64,000 nt of DNA from assembly GCF_006345805.1 (NCBI RefSeq), contig NC_042997.1, forward strand, positions 151,590,001-151,654,000, written 5' to 3'. This document shows, piece after piece, positions 13,382-26,744 of this stretch. Origin of the DNA: Octopus sinensis (Eukaryota). The position numbers and the translations under genes were made by a program. Each line of letters begins with the position of its first letter. Positions within the stretch are counted from its first letter, which is position 1. The notes beneath the pieces were generated by a model. It was not told the DNA's origin, did not search any database, and was given only the letters and a program-made list of their open reading frames with translations.

Positions 13382-14815
13382 TATCTTATTTAATCGAATC
13401 GAGAAGTAGAGAAGGTAGCATTGTTTTCGGTAGGATTTGAACTTATAACGTCAAAAGCCGAAAGAAACACGATTCTGGTAAACCACCAGACCTGAATGTA
13501 CGAGTGATAATGTAGCCAATACAGAAGAATTGTATGATTAGCTTAAATATTGGAAATTGTCATTGAAATATATTACTCATCACCAGGATGGAGGATATCT
13601 CTGCAGTTTCATTTCCATTTCTATTCATTCCTTCATATAATGACTCTCATTCAACAAAACACAAACGCGTGTGCGCGCACACGCACGTACACAGAAACGC
13701 ATACCAACACTCACAATCACACGCATACACACAAATTCAAATACAGATAAAAAAAGAGGCTTGTTTTGGGGTCAAGCGACGCGTTTTGCAACTGTGCAAC
13801 TGAAGTTTCAAAATATGATAATCTGCAAACTGAGTCATTTTCTATTCTCTTCTGGTACAACAGGCTAGAATGAGAAAATGTTAAGGGAATAATTCCACTT
13901 TAGAATACAAGTAATATGTGTGTTTTGTTCCTCTTGTTGTTTTTGTTGTTGTTGTTGCCGGTAGTGGTAATGGAGGAGAACGAGGAGGAAGAGGCAGAGG
14001 TGGTGGTGGTGGTGGTGGTGGTAGTGGTTGTGGTGGTGGTGGTGGCTAAAGTGCAATAACCACCCTATATTTTAGCAAAGAACAGTATATTCTTTCGTGT
14101 TTGAAAAAGTATGACAAGAGAAAGAGAGAAAGAGATTAAGAGAGAAAGAGAGTGAGAGAGAGAGATAAAGAAAGAGACAGAAAAAGAGAGAGACTTGATT
14201 GCTAAAACTGGGAAGTTGATCGACTGTATACTGTTGCCGTCGTATCAGCCTATATGTTAAGAAAAAGGGGCTTACAATTTATATGAAAGTGCGTAAGACT
14301 TATAGTCATGCCTTTTGTAAAAGCATGAACCACGTGAAAGAAGTATGTTGGATTATTAGGTTAGTTGAGTTATTTTGCGCGCTTGGCTTAATCAAAGGAG
14401 GGGCGGAGCACTCCTGTCTCCTTTAAAGGGACTTAAGGGAGTATAATTTAAATATAAATTGGATATTAATATAGAATGCTACCTCGTTGCATAAATTTAT
14501 CCACAATATGCCCAATGTACTTCGATATAAAGGATCGTGGTTTCAATGGTTTTGACTTCATCTTCTGCCAATCCTGATTAGTTAATTATCAGCTTCTACT
14601 GGTTCAGGTCTTAAATTTGTTCATGTCGCATCAGTATAGTATCCATGTATTACATAGTAAATGTAATATTCAAACAGTGACAGTTTTATACAGCTTCCTA
14701 TAACTTGAGTTAAATTTGTTGCTTAAAACTTTTGTTTGTAAAGTTACAGAATCATGGCGCTCTAGAAGTAACAGGTCCAAAGATTTATTAGAGTTGCATG
14801 GCACTATGAAAAGAT

Positions 14816-15010
14816 TTAGAAGTGAGAGAATATAGTCTCCGAGCAAATGAGTTTAATGAAAATGGTGATGGCTAAATCTGAAACGTCTAATCTTGGAAAA
14901 TATGTGAGAACTTTGGTTTTCTGCACGTTGATTATAAAACCAAAAATACTGTATGCTAAGCGACAGTTGTACGTCTTTATATGCGTATACCGACGAGACA
15001 TTGCCATCTG
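14816..15010 (-). mobile_element. Decayed RTE-like LINE reverse transcriptase fragment
   Basis: AYSIFGFIINVQKTKVL resembles the late RT motif of RTE LINEs (GL.IN.KKTKV). Confidence 0.5.
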
Positions 15011-16089
15011 AATTGTACAATACGGTGATGTGAATGGTATTCTTCTGTTTTGCGAGCCGAGTGTAGACATTTTGAAAAGTTCTCTGTCTAAATATCGAAC
15101 CGCCATTCTCAAACAGATGTTTTTGATAGTTTGTGGAGTAGGTTTTCCTGGAAGGGGAAGAACAGTGTTGAGGCCCGTGCACACGCTCAGTCTGTCAGTT
15201 GCTGAGATGAAATATATGTCCAAGCATTGTCACTATATTTATCTGATGAATATAACGAACTGACCAAAGTAACCAAAGCGCTTAGCACTCACACGGCTGA
15301 TGTACTCACAATTTCAAAGGTCATTTCCAGGTTGTAGAAAAAAAATGTTTATTTCCCTTCGTTATAACTCATCAAGCTGTGCAACACAGAACATTATGTC
15401 GTTTATTCTTCTAGAGGTTTGAAATTCTCAAAGTAGTTCGGACAATACCGTCTCAAAGATATCTTGTACGATGTTGAACATTGCGTTATCAAATGCTATT
15501 CCTACTATAGAAGACGTGGATATATTATAGAAGTAGACACTTATGCAGCATTCCCCTTCATTAATAATGGTTAAAATATTGGTATTTCAAATCCATAAAC
15601 CTGCTCTGAACGCTTTCGAATTACGTGAGAGAAAATCCCCGTCTTTAAACGGAAAAATCATTTATGAATGATTTCCGCGGATATGTTGTGACATCCAAGT
15701 TTTTTATAAAGCTGTGTTCTATTGAAGGCTTCAAATATATTAAAATGTATGGAGGACGGTCAAGCATGCATCGAAGAAATTCTTCAGCGGTAATGAACAA
15801 CAATTTTTTATCACGAACAGCTGGGTTTGCTTTCAAACAATGTTTATCCAGGAATGAATTATTTCAACTCTTCAAGGTCTTCCATATTCAGAAATACTAC
15901 GACAGATGTATTTATTTAACCTATGTGTATGTGTATGTCATTGTTCAGTTTTATTTGAAGATTTCTTGCCAATAAAGGAAGACTGGTATGTATGTATGGA
16001 TGGATGTAACATATATGCTTGTGTGTATGCATGAATGTATGTATGTATGCATCTATCTATCCATCCATCTATCTATTTACCCATCTGTG

Positions 16090-16124
16090 CATCTATATAT
16101 ATATCTATCTATCTATCTATCTAT

Positions 16125-16175
<51 letters not shown>

Positions 16176-16431
16176 AAGGGTAGAGGGAGAGAGAAAGAAA
16201 CAAAGATGTACTTAAACGCATGCAACTATACACACACTCATATGCGTGTGTGAGTGTGTGTTGTGTGTAGGTATGTCCAAGATGTACCAAACAGTACTCA
16301 GTGCCAAGAGGTGAGAATTGTTTATGATTATTGGAACGTTGAATCCAGTCTCATGGTGCGGAACGTGAAATTCGAATAACTAGATATAAGCTGTTAGCTT
16401 GAATAACCATTAATTACGTATGTGAGTATAC

Positions 16432-16471
<40 letters not shown>

Positions 16472-16549
16472 TGTGTGTGTGTGTGTGTGTGTGTGTATGT
16501 ATATATAAATGTATATGTATATATGTATGCATGCACTAATAGAAATACA

Positions 16550-16595
<46 letters not shown>

Positions 16596-16826
16596 GAATA
16601 AGAGAGGGAGATGATTGCATATAATTTTTTATAATTATAATGCACTCATTCACTGGAGACGGACGGCAATACAAAACACGTTGATCATTTTGCCAAAAAG
16701 CTAGCTTCCGATTCTTGTAGGATGTAGACGGTGCTGTCGTTGTTTTAGAATTTAGATAAATTGATATATATATATAATCTGATACCACACATATTCTTTT
16801 TCTTTCTCTCTTTCCCTGTATATATA

Positions 16827-16905
<79 letters not shown>

Positions 16906-16977
16906 TATATATTTATATATATCTACATATATATATATATATATATATGCATATATATACATACATATATATATATA

Positions 16978-17010
<33 letters not shown>
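16090..17010. repeat. Compound microsatellites (TATC)n/(TA)n/(GA)n/(TG)n/(CA)n
   Basis: Directly visible; source of the [12 protein letters not shown] ORFs. Confidence 0.95.
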
Positions 17011-17026
<16 letters not shown>

Positions 17027-18037
17027 CGTAAGCAATTTATGTATTTTCAAGGTACAGCCTACTGTGTCATCAAACCACTGATAGCTACAGACCTATGTCA
17101 ACAAAAGCACACAAGTTTAGAGAAATACAACGTAAAATGACCACTAGTGAGAAGTACATACCAAATATAAATTGTTTATACATACAGAAACACATGCAAA
17201 TAGATATGCGCGCGTGTGTGTGCGAGCGTGTGTGTGTATATGTGTGTGTGTGTGTTTGTACGTGTGTTGTGTTTACAGAAACAAATTTACAGGTTTTGTT
17301 AATGCGCGTTGTCTACTCGGTTTCGATTCTTAAGCTGGGCATCAATACTGTACTTAGTCTGAGTACTCTATCCCTCATCTGATGTGTATAACACTGGAAT
17401 GTGGTGGAGTTCGCTCTCTTTTCGGTTTTGCCATCCTGGATTTCTCTCTAGATCAAGTGCATATTTTATTTTTTATACCTGGTCACTTACTGGGTGTGGT
17501 TTTTATAAACTATCTACTGGTATGAATGAAAGCATTGCTAATAAACGATTACATAACCTGCGACATACAATCTCGTACGCGCACACGCACACACACACAC
17601 TCATACAGGCACATACACACACACACACGAACACAAACATACACAAAATAGCTCCAAAGACTAGTGTGCAACAAAATTTCCATTGCTGGACCAACTGAAT
17701 TTGAATTAGAAAAATATATTAGCAGATGAGTACAAACATCTAAGGTATAATCTAAATTAACGAGATACAACGCAAAAAGGCTGAGCGTTGCTTATACGGA
17801 TGTCATTCAGAGAGAAATGGAAAGAGATTATATCAACAGAGAAGGAGATAAGCATTTCATTTAATGACAGCAAAGGATTAAAACCAATATAAAATAGACG
17901 GGAATTTAATTCAGAAGACATCGAGCCAGAATAAAGCACTGCAGATATACTGTCTAGTAGGCTCACTCTACATTACATTCACCTTTTCTTGGCGGTGTGA
18001 GAAAATTTATACCAAATTACATGTGGCTTCAGACTCA

Positions 18038-18094
<57 letters not shown>

Positions 18095-18257
18095 GTTAAA
18101 TGCGATACAATAAAATTAATTATAATCGCCGGTGTACCAGTACACGTCATATATTATTCATATATAAATTACATTCAAGGCGAAGTGTGCACTAGATACA
18201 CAAAAGCTGGATAAATTTAGTGAGATGAAAATTAAAAACTTTTACAAACTTAGCTTT

Positions 18258-18330
18258 TCTTATACTGCAGTTTCGCCAAATTCAGTAATAAAAATAATAT
18301 TTATTTACTCAGGCTGGCTCTTCAGTAAGA
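18258..18330 (-). ncRNA. Type I hammerhead ribozyme, family 2, intact
   Basis: Minus: TCTTA-CTGAAGA-GCCA(36-nt hairpin insert)TGGC-GAAA-C(TGCA)G-TA-TAAGA. Confidence 0.85.
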
Positions 18331-18661
18331 TTCCTGTTAAATATGGGAAGACCATATTAATAGACCCATGTGTGTCTATTGAAATGCTTTTTCTAAACTA
18401 TTCAAAACACTGCGCAGACTCAGAACATACCCGACAAAATAGGGGATTGTGGTATATCGTCTAACGCTCAAAAATTTATCGAGAGAATATGTAAACAAAG
18501 TTAAATGCGATACAATAAAATTGATTATAATCGCCGGTGTACCAGTACACGCCATATATTATTCATATATAATTACATTCAAGGCGAAGAGTGCACTAGA
18601 TACACAAAAGCTGGATAAATTTAGTGAGATGAAAATTAAAAACTTTTACAAACTTAGCTTT

Positions 18662-18734
18662 TCTTATACTGCAGTTTCGCCAAATTCAGTAATAAAAATA
18701 ATATTTATTTACTCAGGCTGGCTCTTCAGTAAGA
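18662..18734 (-). ncRNA. Type I hammerhead ribozyme, family 2, intact second copy
   Basis: Same sequence as 18258-18330; a third copy at 19067-19090 is cut off inside stem II. Confidence 0.85.
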
Positions 18735-19092
18735 TTCCTGTTAATTATGGGAAGACCATATCAATAGACCCATGTGCGTCTATTGAAATGCTCTTTCTAA
18801 ACTATTCAAAACACTGCGCAGACTCAGAACATACCCGACAAAATAGGGGATTGTGGTATATCGTCTAACGCTCAGAAATTTATCGAGAGAATATGTAAAC
18901 AAAGTTAAATGCGATACAATAAAATTAATTATAATCGCCGGTGTACCAGTACACGCCATATATTATTCATATATAAATTACATTCAAGGCGAAGTGTGCA
19001 CTAGATACACAAAAGCTGGATAAATTTAGTGAGATGAAAATTAAAAACTTTTACAAACTTAGCTTTTCTTATACTGCAGTTTCGCCAAATAT

Positions 19093-19175
<83 letters not shown>

Positions 19176-19575
19176 GGATCTTTTCACAATGTTACTAACG
19201 TTCATTCTTTGACTTGGTACTGTAAAACACGCACATAGATAACAAAAAGAGTGAGGGGTATTCAAATATTTCAAACATGGAGCTACGGGCAGGGCTAATA
19301 TGGGCCAGCTCATAGAAAAAAAGCTACACGTGATACAAAAGAACTGTTGCCAATATAGATATAGATATATACATACATATATATTATATGTGTGTGTGTG
19401 TGCGTGCATGTGTGTGTATATAAATTCACAAATTTCATTTCAAATATAATGGTAGTATCGTTGGAGAGCCATGGTCAAATACGACATTTCTTGAGCATTC
19501 TAAACTTGCCACTCTCCGTGATCAACCACTCCTGATTTCTTTGACATTGCGGGTGAGAGAAAGAGAGAGAAGGTT

Positions 19576-19639
<64 letters not shown>

Positions 19640-19897
19640 AACAAGAGAGCAAAAATGAAATCAGTAGCGGAAGTAATCACATTAGAGATTTGGTTCATTT
19701 TCAACACCAAAATAGATGAGCGAAATTGAGCCCCGCGGTATTTCAAATGGAGAGTAATGCAAATCTTTGTGTCCAACGCTCACACAAATGCATGGTCACA
19801 CATACACACAGACTCATGCACACACACACACACACACACATACACACTCATACACTTACTCTTAATCCCTGTCACATACACACAAGGACTCCTTCTT

Positions 19898-19937
<40 letters not shown>

Positions 19938-20282
19938 GCAGAAACATAATAATATTAGCCCTCATTCACAAGCGATTATTATTTTCTACACTAATTATTT
20001 TTTGGTATAATGCGATCATGGTCTGCCCTCAACACACTTTTTTCTTCCTTCTCTCTTCAGATAATAAACTATCCAATATGAAATGATAGGGGAAATGGGG
20101 AACACTGCATTCAGATAATGAACATGTTCATCAGAAACAACTGGAAAAAACGTGAAATGAAATGGGTTCACCAAACTCCAGATCGCTGCCCGATCAAGTA
20201 ATCAAACTCATGACATTACTGGTTGTGAGTTCAAAACCATAATCAATATGTCACACTCGTAGACTATACGCTCTCCTACACG

Positions 20283-20514
20283 AGGCGGCGAGCTGGCAGA
20301 AACGTTAGCGTGCCGGGCGAAATGCTTAGCGGTATTTCGTCTGTCGTTACGTTCTGAGTTCAAATTCCGCCGAGGTCGACTTTGCCTTTCATCCTTTCGG
20401 GGTGGATAAATAAAGTACCAGTTACGCACTGGGGTCGATGTAATCGACTTAATCCCTTTGTCTGTCCTTGTTTGTCCCCTCTATGTTTAGTCCCTTGTGG
20501 GTAGTAAAGAAATA
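20283..20514 (+). mobile_element. Full-length family A SINE with TSD
   Basis: A box TGGCAGAAACGTTAG, B box GAGTTCAAATTCC; 18-bp TSD TATAC(G/A)CT(C/T)TCCTACACG at 20265-20282 and 20515-20532. Confidence 0.93.
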
Positions 20515-20545
20515 TATACACTTTCCTACACGTGTAATTGTTTAT

Positions 20546-20581
<36 letters not shown>

Positions 20582-22119
20582 ATATGTGTTAGTGTGTGCT
20601 TAAATGCGACTCTGTTTTGTCTATTTGTTCATGTTTTCATAAAAAAGTCATTGGAATGTGTTTGAAGCGGGTATAGTTCTCATATATTTTATCTATGTTT
20701 CTAGACTTACATAGTCATATCTTTAGGATGGATTGATTTTTGTATTTGTTGCTATCGCTTTATATACGCACAGTGACCCTTTTAACTGAAGTACACATTA
20801 AACCCGGAATTAAATTATATTTACCGTTTCATTAGTACACAAGTCAGGTATTTATTCCTGTTTGTGAGAAGCGTATCTTGCCAGTATGTTTATTCCAGCC
20901 TCTTCCTGTAGTTCAGAATTGCTTCCATTATTCCTCGTCTATTTTGCGGAACTATTCTCTACAACATAAATGTGTTACTGCCTAATCAATTTTTGCTTCG
21001 TATTTTGGTACAGATCTTTGGAATTGTCCTTTATTGTAAATTCACATTGAGCTGTCGAGAGACAGTTGTACTTGCATAGGTAAAATAGCGCATTGTGCCA
21101 TGAAGTTTTCAACTTTCACTTTTTCAATTACATCCGTAAATCCCATTAATCAGTATTTGCCTATTGGTACGTTTACATGCTTATCGGTTGCTATTGATCA
21201 GAACGGTTTTTAATTTTAGTATCTTTGTAGAATATCGTTGGTGCTAGTTTGTTTTGGAGTAATGCAGTTTGCGTTCAGCTTTATGAGATTTTTGGTAATG
21301 TGTTCATCTATTCCTGCAGTTAAATTGCATTTCATTTATGCTAGACTTATATGTGGTTTGTATAAATTTTTATAGGTGTGCCGTCTGATGCATATGTTCT
21401 GTTGTATTTGCGTCTCTATCTTCTAAGGCTTGATCTAATAATTGTTAGAACAGTCAGACAGATAACATACACTAATCAGAAGCCTAAATAAATACACGAC
21501 TGATGACGTAAAACTCTAACAGTCAACAATTCAGTACTAAGTCTGATACTTATATATTATTAATACCTTTTATCTCTTTTATCAAAGTGTCTCTGGTGTA
21601 AAAGGACTTAATGCAGCACACTAGTTTTACATCGACAGATCATGCATGTACAAACACTACACGCACAAATACACGCACGCACACAAAATCGAACAAACAC
21701 ATACATATGTATATACAATGTAAATACAATTTCCTGATATTATGCACACACAAGCGCACGTACACACACACACACACGCACATACACATGCATACACACA
21801 TACACATTCATACACACAAACACACGCCCACACACATACATATGTATACGTGTGCGCACGTGTGTGAATAATGTCAGTAGACTGTATTTACGAAATAATT
21901 CTTCGATAGATATAAAGAACTCGATAATTTTGTTACAGTAAATTTAGTATTCATACTAATTCAGTCTAGGTTATATCTCGTTTTCCATGGTTTCCTGCTC
22001 GGAAATGAAGATGAAAGAATGGTAATAGACGTATATGCCGTTTTTCGGGGAGTTTTTGCTCTTACAGTAGCACCCATCTAACCTATCAATCATCGACGAA
22101 GTCATGTGGCTTTTTTAAC

Positions 22120-23400
22120 GAATGAGTTCGTGGATTGCGGTAGATGGGTGGTGATGAAAGAGCAAATACCCACGAAATATGGCATGTACGCCCGTTAACC
22201 ATTTTTCCATCATCGATCTCATTTTCTGTTTATATCTGACGTCCCGGAAGCGAGTTCCGGATCCTAGTAATAAACTCATTTGCATACAACCAATCAGAGC
22301 TCACCTAGAAAATTCACATAATGTGTACAATTGCAGCACAGCCAGTCAGGTGTATGCCACTCTGTGAATACAGCATTGCAGGTCTCACATGAGCACCACA
22401 TCCACCACATAAGCACGATTCTCGTAGATCAATGGAGTATCATCTCTATATAGGGCTAACTTAGCAAAACGATACGATGCCATATTGAATACGATGTTTC
22501 CAGATCAACACCAACATTTTTAATTAGGAATGTACTAAATCAGTCAAAAAATTAGGTAACTACACTCATTTACATTTTCTAGTAAATTACGCAAACTGAC
22601 AACACTTATGGCATCATCGGTGAGAAGCTCTCCATTCAGTTTATACACTAAATTTCACATTTGTCACCCCTGTTAACCCGTTTAGAACAGTTGGACTTTG
22701 CTATAAGATATTTTCCACTGAACTCAACCAGAGTACTTTCGTTACTAGGTGGACAATAATTTGATAGTTGAGCTCTGATTGGTTGTGTGCAAATGAGTTC
22801 ATAAGTAGGGTCCGAAACTCTCGTGGGGCCAAAAGATTTCGCGTCCAGGAAACGAAATATAATAAAAACAGTGCTGGATAAAATTTCTATAGAATATCTG
22901 TAGGGATGACATTAACACGTGATTTAAATATACTGCTAACACAGTAGTATACAGTATTGACTTATAAAAATGTTTAATATACTTTATATCATATTATGGT
23001 TGCATAACGAAATACTGTTCGCCTACAAGTCATTAATATTTACATACCTGTTTCCAGAATTGTGTTTAGTGCGTAAATTTGTATGTTCAATAAGTTTATA
23101 CGGCTATGTGTGGTGGCTTATATAACAAATGAGTTCGTGGATCATGGGTTAGATGGGTGCTGATGAAGGAGCAAAAACTCTCGACACAGGGGATATACGC
23201 CCATCTTTTTCATCTTCGATTACATTGTTTACATCTGGTGTCTCGAATACGAAACGTCTCAACAAAATCAGATGTAATTTCTATAGAAAATCTCTAGCGA
23301 TGGCATTAACACGTTATTTAATTGCACTGCTAAAACGATATTCACGTTTAATATATTTGTAGCATATTATGGTTGCATAGCGAAATATCGTGCACCTACC
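22120..23400 (+). mobile_element. Decayed retrozyme-like family 3: two ~400-nt units, the first split by a MITE
   Basis: Block A repeats at ~22120/~23128 and block B at 22884/23278; degenerate hammerheads at 22143-22196 and 23152-23205. Confidence 0.6.
22252..22820. mobile_element. MITE-like element with ~50-bp imperfect terminal inverted repeats
   Basis: GAGTTCCGGATCCTAGTAATAAACTCATTTGCATACAACCAATCAGAGCTCA (22252-22303) is inverted at 22769-22820. Confidence 0.7.
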
Positions 23401-23468
23401 AGCCATTAATATAGAGTGATAGATGTTGCATGTATAAATATATATACCATATATGTGTGTGTGTGTGT

Positions 23469-23509
<41 letters not shown>

Positions 23510-24359
23510 AACAGAACTTGAGAGACAGGTGAAATTGCCCTCGGAACTATGTACATACAAACACACATATATATATGTATCTGTGTGTGTGGATGTTTGT
23601 GTATTGACATATATATATATATATATATACATGTGTGTATGTATATATATGCATGTGTATTAACATATATGAACATGTATAATTTACATATGTATATATA
23701 TGTACATATAGCTATATATACATATACATATATATACGAACATAATTAAAGGTTAAGATCATTAAAATTAATGAATTTTATCAGTGATCAGCATATAAAA
23801 AAGACTTCTAGGTAAAATACATATATAGAGATATATAGAGGTATTTAGTACAGTTATACTTAAGGGCACAGAAGCTACTATGCCTATGTGCTTAAAATAG
23901 AGGCCAAATACATCCAACAACTGCAGATATTCACTTCCCATATATACACAGCTTGAGCTCAATCCAAAATTATCTGAATTATTTCATGATTTTTTACTCA
24001 GTCTGCTTTCCTGCTTTCAACCTGTGTACATATGTGGAGTGAATATCTGCAGTAGTTGGACGTATTTGGCGTCTATTTCCAGCGTTTAGGCATGGTAGCT
24101 TCTGTGTCTTTCAGTACAGTTGTACCCTATACAATTATCTCTCACCCTGTCTCTCTTCTCCCTTTCTCTCTCTCTCTCTCTTTCTCTCTCTCTATATATA
24201 TATATGTGTGTACGTAGGAATTATTAATGTGTATAAGTGAGATAATACTTGTTTTAAGATTGTTCATCTCGTTCATAATATATCCTTCAACAAATGACTA
24301 AGAAAAGTTTCAAAATTTTCGCAGTTACCAGAGTGTTGCATAACAGAAATCCTTTAGAG

Positions 24360-24661
24360 CAGTGATTCCTAAAGTGGATGGTACCGCCGCACTGGGTGTG
24401 GTGGAAAGATCCAGAGGGCGTCGAAGAAAAATGAGGCGATATGGTGACCAAAATGGGGCAATGAATGTAAAAACAAAGACATAGAAAATATAGGTTTAAT
24501 GAGGTAAAGATTTGTAAAATACTATTCTTTTGAATTTGTGAAATACTTTTGCTTTGAATTTCCTGGTCTATGTCTGTGGTGGTGAGTGGAGGGGAGGGGA
24601 CATTTGGGATGTGGCCTTAGAATCAAGCGGATGGGAGCCTGAAAAGTTTTGAGAACCACTG
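24360..24661. mobile_element. hAT (Charlie-like) MITE
   Basis: Ends CAGTGATTCCTAAA / TTTGAGAACCACTG; decayed 8-bp flanks CTTTAGAG / CATTAATG. Confidence 0.7.
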
Positions 24662-26306
24662 CATTAATGCGTCGGACGAAATCTCTGTATGTTCTCAATT
24701 CAAATGTTTCTGAAGTGAATTTTGCGTTTCAGGCGTTATTGGTCGATAAAATATATCACCAGCCAGTTACTAAGATCAAAATAAATCCATCATGCCCTTT
24801 TTCGTTAGGGGTGAAATTACGTCAGGGTTAGCCGTCAATATTTCTAGTTATTTTCTCACACTTGCATATATATATATACTTGAGAAAGTAGGATACAGTA
24901 AAGGAATGTATAAAATATGGACAGAGAGTGAAACATAAATCATGAAATAAATAAATTCTAGTTATATCATTCAAACCATGAAGTAAATAGCAGTTATTTC
25001 AGTTGGAGCTGTAAAAGCGATAGTTTACCAATAAGAGTTTTAAAATATAGTTACATAGAAGAAGAAATTGAACAAGAAATAATTGAAAGCTCAATGAATC
25101 ATTAGAAGAAATGCAGTGGTTGTGAGAAAGTTATATTTTACTTCATGGAAAGCAGGGATATTATAGAAGAAGATAAGAACTCAGTATTTAACAAAAGAAA
25201 GATTGGGATTACCAGCATTGAGAGGAAATGAAAATGAAATGTAAGTCTGTGAAAGTAGAAGAGAAAGTAGAAAATCTATTTCATAAAACTCTATTTCACA
25301 CCAGTTGAGAATATACCAAATATTAATGTCATTACTTTTGTAGCCACTGTTGTAGAAAATGTCGAATTTAAAAGAATAGCAAATAATAAGGGTTCAAATG
25401 TTCATGGTGAAAAAATTAGAGTTGAGAAATAGGGCAACCAGGTTAATAAAGAATTGGGAAAGAGAAATTAAAGACTGGGAATGAAATACATAAGGACGAA
25501 CTTCAAAGAATGTACATCAAGCGTAGATGAATATCACCTTCTAAAATATAAGTGTGTAAACAACGAAGGCATAACCATTGCATAAAATACCAAAAGAGAA
25601 TAAATCATACAAGCAGAAGAGCTCTTCAGAAACAGAGAGTAGAAATTTTAACAATTGAACAATGAGAATAAGCATCGAGGGAATGAAAAATAATGCTGAA
25701 GCAGCAAGAAATTTTTGATCAAGGAAGTTCAACACGAGAGAGAGCCTGGCCAGTGGCAGGAGTATAAAGTGATATAGAAATAGGCCAATGCAAAATAATA
25801 GTAATATTAGAAAAAAAATTCAGGATAATTCATTAAAAAGTTATATTGCCAAACGTATTCACGGTAAAAATTTCACAAAAATGCACTGTTACATGTCACG
25901 TTTCATGCTGGATTGTATAAAAAATGGAATATTAACAGGAATGACAATAAGACGAGTGTGCTTAGAATAAAGAAAAAACGAAAAATCCTTAGGTATAGCC
26001 TATTATATGGTTGACATATTTGTCTGGCAGTAGATAACAGGTTTCACAGCAGATGAATTGAATGATTTTCAGAAGACATAAATATTAACTGAAATCAAGG
26101 GAAAACTGCTTGTCATTGTATATCGAGAGAATGATAGTAAATAAAGTGTTGATAAGGAAAGAATAATATGATGTGAGAATGCTGGTGGCCAATCAGAATA
26201 TTAATAGTTTATGCATATATATATATGTATGTATGTATATATGTATGTGTGTATGTATGTATGTATGTGTGTATGTATGTATGCATGTAATCTATCTACA
26301 TATATA

Positions 26307-26502
26307 TACAGTTCTATATTTAAGAGATGACGAATTATATATATTATTTAAAATTGACGGATATTTGCCCACATCTTGTTTGTTGTTAACACAACGTTTC
26401 CGCTGATATACCCTTCAGCCTACATCAGGTGTCTTGGGGAAATTTCGAACCTGGGTTCTCATTCCTATGGTAATTTTCGATGCTGTTGTTGCGTGGTTGT
26501 TG

Positions 26503-26556
<54 letters not shown>

Positions 26557-26604
26557 CGGTCACTCCTAACCACTACGCCATATGCCCGTGGGCATATGGC
26601 ATAG
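26307..26604 (-). mobile_element. tRNA-headed hammerhead SINE (family 5), internally deleted head, terminal palindrome
   Basis: Minus: GCCATATGCCC-AC-GGGCATATGGCGTAGTGGTTA..., (AAT)n(AAC)n, then a tail with a degenerate hammerhead at 26388-26433. Confidence 0.8.
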
Positions 26605-26657
26605 TGTATGTATATGTATATATACACTATATATACACTATATATATAAACTACATA

Positions 26658-26738
<81 letters not shown>

Positions 26739-26744
<6 letters not shown>

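Larger units (their letters stand above)
18084..19090 (-). mobile_element. Retrozyme-like family 2: ~2.5 tandem 404/405-nt units between (TA)n tracts
   Basis: GTAAACAAAG at 18086, 18491, 18895; nearly identical units; a hammerhead in each unit on the minus strand. Confidence 0.88.

Noticed and set aside
16414-16962. Long ORF-track entries (also 43885-44542, 45069-45527, 47506-48662, 53429-54340)
   Set aside because: Stop-free translations of simple repeats.
18084-19090. Ordinary satellite or CRISPR-like array
   Set aside because: No short repeat-spacer structure; each unit carries a ribozyme and the DNA is eukaryotic.
24950-26150. A-rich tract resembling a LINE ORF1
   Set aside because: Many stops and no diagnostic motif I can support.
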